This document shows positions 26,064 through 27,366 of a stretch of DNA of 27,366 nt, in pieces. Made by a program: the position numbers and the translations under genes. Origin of the DNA: a virus (lineage: Duplodnaviria; Caudoviricetes); the IMG/VR virus record IMGVR_UViG_3300032250_000094, positions 1 through 27,366 of that record, one strand, 5' to 3'. The number at the start of each line of letters is the position of its first letter. Positions within the stretch are counted from its first letter, which is position 1. The notes below the pieces were generated by a model. It was not told the origin of the DNA. It saw only the letters and a list, made by a program, of their open reading frames with translations, and did not search any database.

Positions 26064-27070
26064 CCCACCACCTCCGCATCTGGGAACAAAGCCTTGGTCG
26101 CCAGCACCACTGGGTCATCGATTGCCTCTGGGTTGGCGATTATCTCGCGGCTCTTGTATCCACCTTCGCCATTGACCACCCATCTGTCGCCAATCTTCCA
26201 CTTGACGCTGTGGCCGTCATCTGAGCCTTCCATGACCCACGGGACCATGTCTGGATGCAGTATGTGGTCATCGCAGCCTTCGTGCTGAAAGTCCTCTGGG
26301 ATGTTATCAGCTTCATGGCGTTCACACCGCCATGTGGAATCCGCCATCGCAGTGCTGTGGGCGCATGTGCGGCAGTTGATGCGCTTGGTAGGCTCGGCCT
26401 TGTGGCAGAAGCTGTGCGCCGGACAGAACTTGCACTGATACCAAGTTGGGTCTGCACTAACAGGCTCAGGCATACGATCCGCCATAGCGATACGCTTGCC
26501 GCGTATAATTGCATCCTCAGCCATCTTCTTGTCGTACTTTACCCGCTCGGTGTAGATGCGGTCATCGTCCTTGCAGACAGCCAAGTAAAGTGCGCAATTT
26601 ATCTGCGTACCGTGCATATAAACTTGCATCTGGACAAAGTGCATAGGCTTGGATTTCTCCACGCCGTTCTTAACCATATCGTCGAACGACTTCTTGGAGT
26701 GCGTCTTGAACTCAGCCACATGACGCGCCTTGGGAGCCTCTGGGACGCCCTTTTCAACCACGCCATCAAGACTACCACTTACATGGTTGCCAAAGTCTAC
26801 ACGCCTCTGGCTGGCACGAATGTCCATGCCTATGGCGCGAAGGTCGCTGATGATGACATCTTCTTCTTTGTGGCCCCGGCGGAACAGGCGCAGGATGCGG
26901 CCATCGAAATCCTCAACTACAGCCCAGCGGAAATTTATCCAAAGCCACCTGTCGCAATGATGGCCAAGAAGGCTGACGCCCATGTGTCCGCGTGGCCTTG
27001 ACTTCTTGCTTGCGTGGTATTGATCTATCATCATCGCGATGTTATTAATCGGTTCGGGCAACTCGCTCAT
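26060..27070 (-). CDS. Cas4-like/RecB-fold PD-(D/E)xK exonuclease with Fe-S-type cysteines
   Basis: ATG 27070 with AAGGAG SD. S.LGH.C.R, G...E, GSLDG, EFKT, Q.Q.YM and CKFC.....C motifs. Confidence 0.85.
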   Translation of the reverse strand: MSELPEPINNIAMMIDQYHASKKSRPRGHMGVSLLGHHCDRWLWINFRWAVVEDFDGRILRLFRRGHKEEDVIISDLRAIGMDIRASQRRVDFGNHVSGSLDGVVEKGVPEAPKARHVAEFKTHSKKSFDDMVKNGVEKSKPMHFVQMQVYMHGTQINCALYLAVCKDDDRIYTERVKYDKKMAEDAIIRGKRIAMADRMPEPVSADPTWYQCKFCPAHSFCHKAEPTKRINCRTCAHSTAMADSTWRCERHEADNIPEDFQHEGCDDHILHPDMVPWVMEGSDDGHSVKWKIGDRWVVNGEGGYKSREIIANPEAIDDPVVLATKALFPDAEVVG

Positions 27071-27086
27071 TATTGCTCTCCTTTCC

Positions 27087-27128
27087 AAAACTTCCCCCGC
27101 CCTAGTGATAGAGCGGGGGTTTTTGTTT
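27087..27128. terminator. Probable bidirectional intrinsic terminator
   Basis: CCCCCGCCCTA-GTGA-TAGAGCGGGGG. The single C.A mismatch on + is a G-U pair on -. It is followed by TTTTTGTTT on + and AAGTTTT on -. Confidence 0.7.
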
Positions 27129-27366
27129 ACTTAGCCCAAGGTGGCTTTGCACCGCCGACAGATGCGGTAGGCTCTGGAGCAGATGTTGCCGCAACTTGTG
27201 GCAATACGCCTGACGCTGACTTAAAACCGCCAACTTCATTGCGGGCATCGTAACCATTCGATGCTGGCTTAATCTTGACGCGGACGACGATAGGAGCGCC
27301 AACTAGTTCATCGCTGTCGTTGATTTTAGTCAGACCAACTGCCCGCATGATCTCACCAAGTTGCTG
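27127..27366 (-). CDS. DUF669-like single-stranded DNA-binding protein, C-terminal part (5' truncated)
   Basis: Frame open to the window end. D..EL.G.P..V.V, GY..RNEV.GFK, A/P-rich linker and PPW terminus; upstream of Cas4-like and helicase genes. Confidence 0.72.
   Translation of the reverse strand, partial: QQLGEIMRAVGLTKINDSDELVGAPIVVRVKIKPASNGYDARNEVGGFKSASGVLPQVAATSAPEPTASVGGAKPPWAK

Noticed and set aside
26255-27001. 248-aa + strand ORF
   Set aside because: Antisense shadow of the motif-bearing exonuclease; no recognisable features.
26060-27070. Cas4-like gene as evidence of a CRISPR-Cas locus
   Set aside because: No cas1/cas2 or array; the context is a phage recombination/replication module.

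Overview
This is a 27.4-kb segment of a tailed dsDNA phage (siphovirus-type) at roughly 50-55% GC. It infects a Gram-negative host, shown by a two-component spanin with a lipoprotein; an alphaproteobacterial host is only an inference. The + strand (1-22320) carries the late operon: partial lambda-type portal, a three-gene accessory structural cassette, a fused HK97-type protease/major capsid gene, head-tail genes, two tandem tail-tube paralogs, G/GT chaperones with a -1 frameshift, tape measure, tail-tip genes, a ~2285-aa modular central fibre, and a lysis cassette containing a wHTH-metallophosphoesterase. The - strand (22261-27366) carries a convergent early/replication block: partial SSB-like gene, Cas4-like exonuclease, PD-(D/E)xK protein, SF2 helicase, VRR-NUC and small ORFs. 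The best leads are the portal-linked appendage cassette with a 13 x 24-aa repeat protein, the wHTH-phosphoesterase in the lysis cassette, the duplicated tail tube, the linker-punctuated fibre, a possible two-state RNA after the capsid gene, and the apparent absence of GAGCT/AGCTC and CCWGG across the window (manual scan). No tRNA, CRISPR array, integrase or transposase was seen. All family assignments come from motif recognition, not database searches.
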